From Callorhinchus milii (lineage: Eukaryota), in NCBI RefSeq assembly GCF_018977255.1, contig NW_024704742.1, positions 97,528,001-97,592,000 on the forward strand: 64,000 nt of DNA. The letters run 5' to 3'. Below the pieces are notes generated by a model that saw only the letters and a list, made by a program, of their open reading frames with translations, had not been told where the DNA came from and made no database searches. The position numbers and the translations under genes are program-made. Positions 50,396 to 63,982 of this stretch are shown here, piece by piece; positions within the stretch are counted from its first letter, which is position 1; every line of letters starts with the position of its first letter.

Positions 50396-51418
50396 GTAAT
50401 TTGCAGCAGTTTGCCTCATTGAGGGAATTAAAGTCAGATAAAATGCTGTAAAGTTCTGTTTGCAAATGCAGTAACTTTGTATTTTTAAAAAATTAAAATC
50501 ACAATTTTATCATAGAATCAGAGACCATTTGGCTGATTGGGCTATCTACTCTGTCCAATTTCTAACCTCTCTCTCCCTTTTATACATTTTGTGTATCTAA
50601 TTTCCGTTTAAGGTCTAGTCCTGTAATAGATTCTGCAACTTATGGTAGTACATTTCCATATCCTAATAACCCATTATGAATAACGTCTTGCTTCCAGTGA
50701 TATTTTAGAATTGATGGTCCCTTGGTGCTGATTCAAGGGGATCCTCAGGGAGTGTTGTTCTTTGTTATGGTTCAGGTCTAATGTAATGTAGAGCTCTTTT
50801 TCAATTACCTTACAATGCATCTTAATCACACGACCAGAAAATTATCTCCTGCTTGACCAGTGTGACACTTTATTTCCTCAGCCTGTGATACTTCAGAGTC
50901 AGATTCCTAAATGAGTGCCAGCAATAACGGACACTGGACAGTTTACACTCTGGGCTCACATCCAATGGAAAATCGATCAGGTATTTTCATTTGCGTCTTT
51001 TCAAACCTTCACAGTTACTGAGTTTATGTTTGGGCTAATTCTGGATCTCAGACGCACCATTTGTGATACACGGCATTATCCAGGAAACATTTTAAACACG
51101 CTTTCTGGCAGCTAATAAGAGAGGAATACTGCATTGTTAATTTCAGCAGCCAGTTCTAAAAACAAGTAAACTGCTGGTTCCCTTACAGCCATTAACATAG
51201 TGCAACAATACAGATACTAATGCCTGCTTCAGTAGCTCTTTGGCCAGGAAGCATGAACCAACTGCTAGGGTGGATCTATCCAATTACAGACTGAGTGAAT
51301 TACTATGGGTTTAATGACAGATAGAATGGAAAAGGCTCTTTCACCAAGTACATCTCCAGCTAGCTGCTGAGGAGGGTGGATAGACAGAAGAATAATAAGA
51401 TGTTGACATTTCCCATAG

Positions 51419-51443
51419 CCAAGGAAATTAGAGCCAGGAAGAG
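51419..51443 (+). CDS. Weak candidate micro-exon (or 3' end of a longer exon)
   Basis: Strong gag|gtgagt donor at 51444; tttcccatag acceptor. Confidence 0.3.
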
Positions 51444-53779
51444 GTGAGTATGAATGGTTGACAGTCGTACATAATGGAACAAGTCATTTGCTAATACAGT
51501 ATAGGCAGCTTTGTGTTTAGAATTTCACCTCTTTAGAGCCCTGCAAAGTGTGAATTGAGCTCAGTAACAAAGGAGGCCGAGGTTGCTTGGAGGAGTACAA
51601 CATAAGAGAGACCTGCATAGGAGAAAATTGAAGGCTTCCCGAATTTCTTCCTTATTGAAAACAGAAAACTTTCATTGCAATGCCTAATTGGAGTCCTTGA
51701 AAATATAAATTAATGTGAAAATGGGAACATACAATTCCTGATGTTGTAAATGGAAAACTGATGTGACTGCCTGATTTGGCATTAGGAAAGCGTTAAAGAG
51801 CACTTTTGGTACAAGTTATAAAACTACTGTATTTTTTATTTATTTTCATTCTTGCAAAATAATTTTTAAAATTGCGTTAGTGAAGCAGCAATAACAGGAT
51901 GGCTGTAAGCAAAAGGCAAAAGTGCTATTGTGAGATAAATGAGAACACTGCATATATGGAGCACTTTAATGGAATGATCCTACTAAACTGTGTACTTTAA
52001 CTATAAATTCCTCAAATGCACAAAACACCTGAAAAATACATAAAATCTGAAGATTTATATTGCTATAGAAAATCCAAAGCCAAGGGTCTTTGTTACCAAA
52101 GTTCTTTCTCCGTCCATATTTCAGTTAAGAGTTTGGAGACCGTTCATTTATATTCCGGATCAGAATTCACTCTATCTCGGAATAATTGCAGGCTTTTTAA
52201 TCTCCAACTGTACTGAGAACAATGAATGTGTGTCTTGAAAGCGTAGTCACTAACGGAGTAGATTACAGGCTCCAACCTGCCACATCTACTGCTTTCCCTT
52301 TAAATGAAAAATACAATAAAAATAAAGATTATATGCAGGACTTTTTTGGAAACAAAAAATCCCTTGCAGGCAATCAACATCACCCCATACTGAGAGATAA
52401 TAGGCACTATTTCTGCTAAACTGCATTCTACCTATCCAACTGAATCTTTTGTTTGCAAGGATACTTCAAGTTGTAATAATAAGCCTTGCATTTCATTAAA
52501 GCAACTTTCACATCGGGACGCCATCTCAAAGCACTTTACAGGATATACTGTAAAGTGCAATCACTGTGTAATTTGTGGGCGAATGCAGCAGCCAAATTGC
52601 ACACAGCAGTTTCCTGGATATTGGATGGTGAAGGACAATTTGTAGATTTCCAAACAAACAATACTGCATTGTATAAGACCCGTACAGTCTGACAACTAGG
52701 GAGAGAAACATATATATAATGCAATACAATGTCATCCACCATTTCAATGTCTAAGGCCACAGTATGTTATATTACAACAATAAATTGCATTTATATAGTA
52801 TTTTTCGTGTTGAGAGGATGCCCCAAGGCACTGTAAAAAAGAAAGAAGGGAGGTAAGGTTGAGGCAGAGGGGTTCCGGGATGGAATTCCAGAGGGTGGGT
52901 GCAGAAAAGGCGAAGGCCCGAGCACCAATAGTGGAGCAGGCAGTGCCTGGAGAGTGGAGGGAGCGGACAGGTTGGTGAATTTTCATTATTTGACTCAAAG
53001 GTAAGAATACTGTAATAGACTGGAAGCAAGGAAAGTTGTTGGATTGTACCTGAGAGGGGCACGAAGCCTAGGACCATGGTTGGTCTAAACGTTTGGTAGT
53101 GTCTACAGGACGGAGGGGATTGTGAGGCCTCGTGAATGTAAGAGCATTTGTATGACACAGACTGCAAACGCAGATGCTGGAGCCTCACTGTTGGACTGTT
53201 GAGATTTTCCTCTACCCTAATAAACCCATGAACTGTGTGTGTCACATCTGCCTGGCTCGGTGAGGGGGTGGGTTCTGCCCAAGTTATAGTACCATTTCCC
53301 ATATTTCTATATAACAGTTGTCAGATTCAAATAGATCTTTATTTTGTTGTTTTTATATCATGGAGTCATGGAGCTAAGCATTTTTTTTTGGGGTGGGGGA
53401 GTTGTCGGTTTCCAGTATAAAATAACAATAAAATTACCACTTTGTCTTAAGTATATTACTCTCATGTTTCCTACATGATGACATACTACAGACAATACAT
53501 TTAGGATGATATATAGAGGTTGGTTGCAATAATTGTGTAAATGAGTATTGAAATCCTTTTCCCTTATGATTTTTGTCTCAATCGTGCCAACATGTAATGA
53601 ATTTGAAAACTATGACTTCTGACTTATTAATTAACCACTGTACAAGATATAGCTCCATTATCTCACATGGGGTAACTCACTAATTTATCTGGAGGTTTGG
53701 TGGTTGGTATAGTGGAAGGAAATGTCTTCTTGAAATAGCATCATGTGCTCTTTAACATCCACTTCAATTTTTAACATGT

Positions 53780-55285
53780 GAGCAGCACAGAAATCCAATT
53801 GGAGGGGCTCGTGAAGGGAATGGTAGGAGAGGAATGATTGAAGCTGGGAAGTAACGACTCTTTCAAGGATGTTGGAAAGAAAAGGGAGGTTGGAAATGGT
53901 AATTAGAAGGCAGGGATGGGTCCAGCGAAGGTTTTTTCAGGATGGGGTGATTATAGCTGTTTGTAGAGAAATGGGAACAATGCCAGAGATTGACGATATC
54001 GATGAGTAGGGGGGTGAGGAGATGGAGCTGGGAGGTAAATGGGGTCAAGGGAGCAGGTAGTGTGTTTTATGCTGGATATGGTGGTGATGAAAGAGGAGGG
54101 GGAGACAGGTTCAAAAATGTAGAGGGAGGGATGGGTAGGGGTCAGAGTGTGGGGGAGAGAAGGGGAGGGAATGGTGGTTGGGAGGGCGGAGGCAACTGAA
54201 TTGGTCCCCTCAATTTTGGACATGAGGAAATCCCCTCACAGTCAGAGCTTGAGGAGAGAATGGGCAAGGCTTGGGAGGATGGATGGAGGAGCCTGTTGCT
54301 GGTGGAGGATAGGAACCTGGGGTTGTCCTTTGCCTCCAAGATTATTTTGGAGTAGAAGGATGATTTGGCAGCGGCGAGGGCGGTGTGGTACGTTTTGATG
54401 TGATTCAGCCAAATCTGCCAGTGGACTGTTAGGTCAGATTTGATCCAGGTGGTTCAGCAGGTCTGCACCTGAGCCTTGAGGAGATGGAGGTGACTGGTAC
54501 CAGGGTGAGGTTTGTGAGTAGGAGGTGGTTCGGGAGCTGAGGGGGGCAAGAGCAACAAGAGTGGTGGAGAGGGAATTGTGGAGGAGAGTGAGCGAGGAGG
54601 ATAAATCAGTGCAGGAGGTAATCCAGAGAAGGAGGAGTTCAGATGACTCCAGGGCAGCGGAAAGGGTTGCAAAGAGATTTTTTTCCAGAGGCGATAGGAA
54701 ATGGAAGTGGGTTTTGTGGCAGTGGGGAGAGGAACTGAGGAGTTGAAGGAGATGAAATGATGATCAGAGATGGCTTTGTCTGTGATTGTGATATCCGAGA
54801 CACTGAGGCCCCAGATAATCACCACATCCACTCTGCCACCTACGTTCATGGCCACCCACTCGAGAGGGTGACCATGCACATAGGTGGCAGAGTGGAAGTG
54901 GAGGGAGAGGTTGTGAGAGGAAAGGAGAGAGGAGAAGTCTGAGCAGATAAAGCAGAAGGGGGTGAAGTGAAGGTTGAAGTTGCCGAGGATGAAGTGGCGT
55001 TCAGAACAGAGGCAGAAGGAAGCTAGAAGGGTGGAAACGTCAGAGATGAACGTAAGCACATAAGAAATAGGAGCAGGAGTAGGCCATTTGGCCCCTCGAC
55101 ACTGCCCCGCCATTTAATAAAATCATGGCCGATCTTCTAATCTAATTCCGTTTACCTGTTCTATCCCCATATCCCTTAATCCCTTTAGTTGGTGGCGGTG
55201 GGGGAGGTTTTGAGTGGGGGCACTTTTGAGGGAAAGATTGGAGGGATGGTAATGTGTAAGGTGCTCGAATGAGGAGAATGAGCCA
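53780..55285 (-). mobile_element. L2 endonuclease/linker fragment interrupted by a CR1 tail
   Basis: ILGNFNLH, THxxGHxL-like and ISDH motifs; PILKKPSLDP. Confidence 0.85.
55052..55187 (-). mobile_element. CR1 3'-UTR-only insertion
   Basis: cataagaaataggagcaggagtaggccatt matches 3363-3490. Confidence 0.88.
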
Positions 55286-55289
55286 GAGG

Positions 55290-55655
55290 AGCCTCCATGA
55301 CCTTGCCCCCTCCTACCTCTCCAGCCTGCTAACCCCTTATCTACCTGTCCACTTCCTCCACTCAGCAAGCTCCAGCCTGCTCCATGCCTCCCGCCCGTCC
55401 CGTCCCAATATTGTCAGTCAGGCCTTCAGCCTCTCTGCCCCCACCCTCTGGAACTCCATCCTACATTCTCTTCGCCTCTCTCCCTCCTTTGCCTCCTTCA
55501 AGGCACACCTCAAGACCCTCCTCTTCGAACGTGCCTTCGGCCACCCTCCTACCCTCTCTCCCCTCCACTCTCCCTGATCACCATTCCACCACTCCCCGTT
55601 CAGTGCCTTGGGACGTCCTCCCGACGTGAAAGATGCTTTACAATTGTAATTTGGT
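55290..55655 (+). mobile_element. L2 3' fragment (type A tail)
   Basis: LAPSYLS and LWNS...FKAHLKTLLF motifs, then tail. Confidence 0.88.
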
Positions 55656-57844
55656 ATTTATATTGTATTGTATGAAGTGAAGGACCAATTTTATCCGAGC
55701 AATTGTTGGCCAGGACATTGGGAGAAATTCCCTTCTCTAAACTGATTGCTGGGTTTGCCTACAAAATGCACAGTCACTACACTGTACAATAAATCCTGTG
55801 AAGCATTTTGAGACTATTCAATAAAGTGCTAAGGCCATATATCACATGCAAGGATTATTTCTGTTAGGATATTTCTGTTATGATATGAAGATTATTCTAC
55901 TAGACCAAATTGCTGTCTGACCTTTTGGAATGTCACTTCTGGATAAGGTAACAACAATCTTCCTAGGTGATCTCTAAAAGCGTAGACAGTATCTGCCGAT
56001 CAAACTGCAACATCACAAAGTGCTTCACAATAATTACTGTCAAGTGCAATGACTGTACACTGCAGGAAAATGCAAATAACTCTTTAGAGTCCCACAAACA
56101 ATCATGAGATGAATAAGCAATTTATCTCATGAATTTCCGTATATGTCAGTTAGCTGGCTGACCAAATATAATCAATTTACCCAGAAAGGACAGTTAAGCA
56201 AAACTATATTTAATTGTCTCATCCAAATGACCACCTTAACAATGCCATCTTCTCCCAGTACTGGGCTCGAGAGTTAGCCTAGAATCAATATAATCACAAG
56301 TCCCATTTTGAAGTTTGAACAGCGAACGTTCTCACCTAAAGGAGAGAGTGCTACTGGCTCAGCCAAACTGACATTCTGACTCTTACTGCCTCTTACTGCA
56401 ACATGGTTCATGAATTAGGATAGAATGTACGTTACACATGAATGGTTCGCCAGAAAAAGTTTTCCTTGTGTGGGAATAATTTATATATTGTTCTAAATGT
56501 AAATCAAGATTTTTAATCTCTTAGTTGGTAAATTTTTACTGATGGACTAATCAAAAGTAGGTACTTGTGAAAAAAAATCCAATGTGCTTTGTGTGAGAAT
56601 TGTGAAATTGTGCATATACGTATGAGATTACTAGTAACATTGCTTACATGGGTGCAGTTTTGTAATTCTCTCACATGCATTCAACTAGCTTTTTTTTCTC
56701 TGGTGATGCAAAGGTACACATCGATTACAAAGGTGGATAGTATCAGGCAGAAAGAGAAAAGGAATAAATGTACAGAGACAAAGAGTGAGAGAGCAAGAGA
56801 AAAAGAATCAAGAGAGACACAAAGAGATGGGCTGGCATAATGTGATTTATGGACACAATAACCGTGGAGAATACTCTAAATTGCCATTTCTTTAAAATTT
56901 GGGAAACATGTTTTCGCTGTTATTATAATCTTAATATATTTCTTTGTACCACCTGATTTTGCTTTATATTTGTCTTATGTCAAAAGGTATACAAAACAGA
57001 TTTACTAACCCAACATGTCAATGGAGCCGCTCAAAATGAGTCACATTATTTGCAATCTGTATTGCCAGAATATAAATAGACTACACGACTACACATCTGA
57101 TTTTCATCAAGACTTTCTGGAGACAATACTGAGTGGGGGGGTGTGAGGGCAGGCATCTTGGAGCCACAAGCTGCAACACCAGGAGACTATAAAGAAGAAG
57201 AATATCATATTGACAATGGCAAGTTGTCTGATGCTAGGTCATCATTGAAATAGAAACAAAAAATGGAACAATAAGAGTGTTTTTTTTTGTTTGATTTGTG
57301 AAAACAGTGTAAGGTGATCCAATTCTATAGAAAATAATATCCTTATTTCAATCAGTTGACCCAATGTAGTGCCAACTTAAAATATTACTGGACATCTTTC
57401 TAAAGCAAAAATTGTAGCTCTGCCCAATTGAAACAAACTGACAACTAGGTTAATGGTTGCTCAGTAAGATGATGACTTTGGATTGAATGAGTTCACTCAT
57501 TTAAAGGGGAAGGATATTCCACCAAGTTGCTCCACAATCCTAAACTGAATCAAAGATGTTTGTACCCTTAGGGGCGTAGAATTGTGGGCTTCACTCTACA
57601 CAACATGAAGTCACTAAAGGTCGAATCTATAGAAGGAGAGAGCCATTTAAAATAAGAAACTAATATTAATATTAAAAAGCGTCATGTTACAAGCTTAGAA
57701 ACTAATTATTCGGGCAGTACAAACAGCATTAGATGCTAGACTTCTGTTTCTTAGTTACTGCGGGATAGTTATTTCTGAATGAGCATTTTTAAATTCAAAC
57801 AGTGGAGTTTGTCAAGGAGCAGGTTAAAAACTATAGTCCACACC

Positions 57845-58247
57845 TTGCCCTTACAGACTTCAAGATCCTCACCTTGTCTTCAAATCCCTCCATTCCTCTG
57901 TACCCCCCTACCTCTCCTGACCTCCTCTCTCCTCACAACAATGTCCGTTGTCTTCGTTCCACTGGGTCTGGTCTCCTCCTTGTCCCCCGAGTCCTCCGCT
58001 CCACCCTCGGCAGCCGTGCCTTCAGCCACTATGCCCCGAGGCTCTGGAACTCCCTTCCTCACTCCCTTCGCCTCACCCCCTCTCTTCCTATTTTCAGATC
58101 TTAGCTGAAGACCTTTCTTTTCGACCGCACCTTTGGTCACCTTCCTCCCCCTCCCCCTGGCTCGGCCCCGGGATCCGTTACTGTGAAGTGCTCTCAGACG
58201 CCGTCCGGCGTGGAGGGGCTATATAAATCCAAGTTGTTGTTGTTATT
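57845..58247 (+). mobile_element. L2 3' fragment (type B tail)
   Basis: Close reverse-complement homolog of 908-1300. Confidence 0.9.
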
Positions 58248-58271
58248 GTATGCGTTCTAACTAAACTTAAA

Positions 58272-58465
58272 AAAAATTGGTCACTTCAATCCACGACTGT
58301 TTGTGGGACACTGCTGTGCACAATTGGCTGCCGCCTTTTGCCCACAAATATACAGTCAATTCACTTTGCAGTATATTGTGTGAAGCGCTTTGAGACATCT
58401 AGAAGACATGAAAAGCCCTGTATCAAATGCAAGGATGATTATTATTATTATTATTATTATTAATA
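58272..58465 (+). mobile_element. SINE 3' half
   Basis: Body, tail and (att)n of the dominant SINE family. Confidence 0.88.
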
Positions 58466-59214
58466 CTACTCTACATTTACGCAATGTGAACAATTTACAG
58501 AACCCATGCAGACCATGTGTTGCACATACAAATAATCTAGTTATAAAAATAAATAATAATAGCACTTATAGCATTCATGGTGCATGTTTTATTGCTCTGC
58601 GTTAGAATAAATTATGGTGCTGACTCTTTGGAATGAACTATCAGTGAATTTGACTTCCTGATATTTTTGAAGCAGTCAAAAACCACTCCTCATGACAGTG
58701 ACCAATTCTTGTTGTGCTGGTCACTGCACGATGTTAGTTGTAGGATCATCCTGCCCGTTGGGGCTTTGGGAGAGGACATATCTGCATCTCCAAATTCGTC
58801 TCAGATCATTGTGGACCTATCTAGTTTTGCCAGTTGTATCTCCTTAGAACCAGTTCAGTCTCAGGAAGCCATTATTTACATCTCCTCAGACATTTAAGAT
58901 AAGCAGAATGTGAATAAGCTTGAGAGAGGAACTGAAATGGTTGCTGAGTTGAACGCAGAAGATGTGCGTTTACAGCCTGCAGCACAAGTGACATCAGGAA
59001 TGATGCTGTGAATACATATAACTGGTTTCACACTTTTCAAGATAATCCTTAAGAAAATCATTCATGTGATATCTGAAAATTCTATATCCTCAACCATACA
59101 TTGGCTTATCATTTTCTATAGTTAGAGATTCTTCTTATAATAATAATTACAATTGGTAAAGCAACTTTCACATCGGGAGGACATCCCGAAATACGTCACG
59201 GGATATACAACAAA

Positions 59215-59650
59215 ATCAACAACAACAACAACAAAATTACATTTGTAAAGCGCCTTTCACATTGGGAGGATGTCCCAAGGCGCTGGACAGACAGACTTAC
59301 AGACCTGAGCTGGCGGTAGGGGTGGAGGAGGGTGGAGGGCAGGGGTGGAAGCAGGGAGATGGAAAGCAGGGTCGAAGAGCAGGGTCTTGAGATGGGTCTT
59401 GAAGGTGGCGAGGGAGGGGGCGAGATGGAGAGTCTGCGGGATGGAGTTCTAGAAGGTGGGGGCAGAGTGGCGGAAGGCCCGCCCGCCAATAATGGGGTGA
59501 GCATGTAGTGTAAAGTGTAGTGATTGTGGGCAAATGCAGCAGCCAATTTACACAAACAATATCCCATCTCTTTTTGAATAGTGCCATGGGATCTTTAACA
59601 TCCACCTGAACAGGCAGATTCAGTTTACCATCTCATCTAAAGGAAGGTAC
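59215..59650 (-). mobile_element. L2 3' end joined to a Deu-type SINE remnant
   Basis: (caa)n plus type A tail; atagtgccatgggatctttaacatccacctgaacaggcaga is the Deu-like core in reverse. Confidence 0.75.
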
Positions 59651-60220
59651 TTAAGGCTAAAACAACAAAAAATCTCAGGTTTATGCATCTCCTTTAAAAA
59701 TTCTGCATTTGGAATTTTATCAAACATCTTCTGAAAATCTATTTATGGAATATCTTTCACCCACTAATTTAAAAACATTCTAATAATGCAGTGAGCCGGA
59801 TTAAATTTCAGATCCAGAAATGCCTGGGCTTTACTGGCAATGATTCAAAATACCTTTCATCTCACAATGAAAGCATTTAATCTCTTGTGATAATTATTCA
59901 AATAGATTGCTGCTATTAAATTGTATTCCTATCCCAAATTGCAGCAACACTTGTAAAGGGAAGAAAGGGTCTTGTTTTGCCCTGGCATCAATTTACCTAC
60001 CTTTCAGATAATTAAGGAAACCTATCTCTCTTGAAGAAGCCTCCTAATAATTAACCACACTAGGCAGCAACAATCAGGTAGAATCTAATTCCCTATGAGT
60101 TAATAATGCATGATCTTTCCTGAGATAATTATATGAGCTGCTCTACTCCCGGAACACTTTTATAAGAATTGTCAGGAACAATAATCTTACAGGCACTAAC
60201 CATTTGGGATGTTTCTTTTA

Positions 60221-61359
60221 AAATACTGTACCTCCCTTCTCCATACCACCACTAAACTGATATGCTTTATCTCATAGTGCATTCACTGTATGTTGTTGCC
60301 TGCAAATCGTCACTATATTTTAAATTTATTGATATTTAAATCAAGTGGGGAGCTAGCACCAACACAGACACAAAGAGCTGAATGCCTTTTATTCTGTTCT
60401 GTTTGCTTTCTGTGATAGGTTAGGGTATGTTGTGTAACATATAAACAAGAGAATATGGGTTGATTTGCGCAGTTAGCTGATCTAAATCAGCAGAACAGTT
60501 GGTGTACTTCAGCTGGTTTAGTGCTCCTGGTTTGGGAGGAGAGAAATTAGCCCCAGATCACTGTTGAATGCTAGAAAGTACCCATGTGAGGATGCCTGAT
60601 GAGAATAGTATTGGCTCGACAGTAATGGCCACTATGGTTGAATAGCTTGCCAACACTCAACTAAAGTGTTTAAGCTCACACATGAAGAATTGCCACTTGG
60701 GCAAGGTAATGGAAGGCTTGCCAGCATCCAAGCAACCATATCCTAGTTTGAGCCAGCTTGTTCAGGAGAGGAGGAGAGGACAACAGGGAAAACAATTCTC
60801 ACAAGAAAAAAGCCTAAGAGAAATGTACGAGCCAAAGTAAATAACAGATAATTGGAGTAAATGTTCTCATTTGATTACACTATTTTCAGGAGAACAGAAC
60901 ACGGTACTGAAACCAGACAGTCTAAAAATGAACCGAAAATTAAGCAACCTAATACTGTTGTGGTTTTGACATATTTTAAAGCTGTTGCAGTATGACCTTT
61001 CGTAGCTTGTTTTGCTGGCTATAAGTTTACCTATTCATTTAGAGCACTTGGAGCCAAGATGATGTTCACAGGAAGCTGAGTTTCTCCATGGGAGATTAAT
61101 CAGCTCCTTGTATCCAGACAACTGTCCTCATAACCACGGAAATGGTCAGGGTGAGGGGAGGGAAGGGAGGGAACGAGGAAGGGGAAGAGAGTCGAGAGGG
61201 GAGCTGAAGGCTCGGTCAAAGAGAAATACTGTAAATACTGTAAAATACTGTACCTCCCTTCTCCATACCACCACTAAATTGATAAACTTTATCTCATAGT
61301 GCATTCACTGTATGTTGTTGCCTGCAAATCGTTACTATATTTTAAATTTATTGATATTT
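60221..61359 (+). repeat. 117-bp dispersed direct duplication (60221-60337 and 61243-61359)
   Basis: 4 mismatches counted by eye. Confidence 0.93.
60455..60780 (+). mobile_element. Ancient SINE-like repeat (family unnamed here)
   Basis: Homologous to reverse-complement remnants at 20590-20815 and ~19390-19470. Confidence 0.55.
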
Positions 61360-62499
61360 CATTTAAGCAAAATTTTTGACTTGAAAATTCCTGAGTCTTA
61401 TGTGGTTTGGGACCTTGAGACAATTAAGCTCACACAGACCTACATAAAACAATGTACATGATACAGACAGGTTATAGTTATGAATCCAGAGAACAGAATA
61501 TACAATTGCAGGAGTTTTCTTCTCAGTAGTTGTTTTTTTCTTCCTGGGTCTGTTCCAACTTCAGTTTGGGTTGTGCCCGATATTAATACATGTGAACAAA
61601 CAAGTTTTCACAACTTTCAAGATCATCCAGGAGACAGAAAGCAGAGAGTGATAGTAAACGGTTGTTTTTGTGACTGGAGGGAGGTGTGTAGTGGTGTCCT
61701 TTGGGGTCGGTATTGGGACCACTGCTCAGTCTGTATCCAGACAACTGTCCTCATAACCACGGCAATACCATTCAGTGCGAGTTGCCTGGATCTGCTTGTG
61801 CCAGAAATTGATCTTTGCCAGATGGGACTACTGACTAACAAACTAAACAGTTAAACCATTGAAAAGCAATTTTTAAAAATTCATCAAACGATTTTGCAAA
61901 ATGATACATCATTTTTAAAGGATTACTTAACCTGTTTTCTATTTTTTTTAGCACGTTAGAAATAGTGGTGTACTTGTACATATGTCAGCTTGGCTCAGTT
62001 GGCAGCACTTTTAACTTTATGTCAGAGATTGTTGTTTCAGGACTTTAGACTTAGAGCTCATAGTTCAAGTTGATACTCCAGTTCATTGTTGAGTGTAAGC
62101 CCTATATTTTCAGAGGTTCCAACCTTCAGAAAGGACATGAAATCAAAGTCTGGTCTGCCTCTTCAGGTGAATGTTAAAAATCTTATGGTACATTCAAAAA
62201 GAGAAGGCAGTTTTTATAAAAATAAAAATATTAAATATTAAGAAGGGAAGCAAAAAGGGAGATTACAAAGGCTAAAAAGAAGTCAACTTGAAGAGCAATA
62301 GCAAATCATTTTATGAGCATATAACAAATAAGATAATCAAAGAAAGGGTGAGACAACAAAGGTGGCAATCTTTTTGTTTGGTCAGCCAAGTTTCGGACAC
62401 ATGCTTAAGAGTACGCAAACCAGATAGAATTTCATACATCCTACCTACACATGGAAAGTTACGCATTTTGAATGGGATACACACTCTCTCCCCGGAAGG

Positions 62500-63660
62500 A
62501 CAAAAACAACTTGCATTTATATAGTGCCCTTCACGCCGGTTATTGTCTCAGCGTGATTAATAGCAGTGAAGCCTTACGCCCAGCTGGAAGGATAGTGGGG
62601 AGATGTCAGTAAACACAGTTGAAGAAAAAGATCTTCAGGGTAATCTGAAAAAGGAGAGGAGGCAAAGTGGAGGGATTGAGGGAGAAAGTATTGGGGAGTG
62701 AGAAGTGGCTGAAAGCACAGCGACTTACAGAGCATAGAGAGGAGTGAGTGGGATGGATCCTGAGGAGAGGGACTGGTTGAGTTTGTCTGCCAGCAAGGGG
62801 CAGAGGAGGGGGAGTTGTGTGAAAAACAACTGGGTTGGAAGGGGGTCGAGGCAGCAGTGGGGGGCTTCATGTGGGTGATGATCATTGAGAGGGAGGCGGG
62901 AGAAATGGAGGCAAAGTGGGGGCAGCAGGCCTTCAGTTCAGAGGCAGAGGAATGTGAGGAGAAAGATGTCCAAGAGGAAGGAGCCAAGTAATTTGGGAAG
63001 GGGTAGACAAGGAAGATTTTGAAGGAGAGAAGGGAGGGATGCTGTGGCAAAAGGAGTGGATGATGTAGAAGGTATTGGGTGGGAAGTTCTAGGGGACACA
63101 GGAGAGGAGGAAGAGGCAGTCAGGCAGATGTTATCTATCTTTGAAACAAAGAAGTCCAAGACCTCTTCACATTGGATGTAAGGTTCACGGGTGCTTGAGA
63201 GGGTGCATAGAGGAGGTGATGTAGTGATAAAGAACAGCACTTTGGGGGTTATTTTTGACTTCCAGAATGGCCTGGGAATTTTGGTTGCGCCACATTTGGC
63301 GGTACACAGTAAGGTCGGTTTTGTGTTCAAGTGTTTGGGCTTGGGATTTAATCAGAGCTATCAAGGTCATGGGTAATAACAAGGTAGAGAGGGTAGCCAT
63401 GGTTGTGGGTCAGGGGAGTTTATATGGAGGCTAAGGTTTAGGGAGGAGGGCAGCAAAATCAGAGTAGATGGTGCAGGAGGAGTTAAGATGAAGCTTGAAA
63501 TTGCCCATTATGGGCAGGCTTTCAGTTCAGATGCAGAGGGATGAGAGGAGATATCTGAGAGGATGGAGGTTTGGGGGGGTGTAGATGAAAAGGATTATGA
63601 CGGAGAGAAGTGGGGGATGGCACAGGTTGAGGTGCTCAAAAGAGAGGAAGGAGACAGAGG
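62500..63660 (-). mobile_element. Old L2 fragments
   Basis: Type B tail at ~62505-62550 and purine-rich linker/endonuclease remnants similar to 53780-55285. Confidence 0.75.
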
Positions 63661-63670
63661 ATCAAGGAGA

Positions 63671-63982
63671 AATAATAATAATAATCCTTGCATTTGATAT
63701 AGCGCTTTTCACATCGGGAGGACGTCCCAAAGCGCTTCACAGAACACACTGTAAAGTGAATTGACTGTACATTTGTGGGCAAACGCGGCAGCCAATTGCG
63801 CACAGCAATGTCCCACAAACAGTCGTAGATTGAAAATGACCAATTTATTATTGTTTTGGAGGGATTATTATTAGGCTCTGTGTGGAGTAAGGAAACTTGC
63901 CCAAAGTTTTGCCCTGCCTGGAATTGAACTCGGGTCTCTCACTTGCAAAGCGAGTGCTCTAACCACTGAGCTACAGGACTCC
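63671..63982 (-). mobile_element. tRNA-derived SINE (short form, L2-type-A tail)
   Basis: Near-identical reverse complement of 45872-46186. Confidence 0.93.

Noticed and set aside
58667..59010. Coding-like unique stretch
   Set aside because: In-frame stop, weak splice sites and no recognisable homology.
694..63818. Most short ORFs in the supplied track as genes
   Set aside because: They are antisense or alternative-frame shadows of LINE/SINE fragments, or random ORFs with non-ATG starts.
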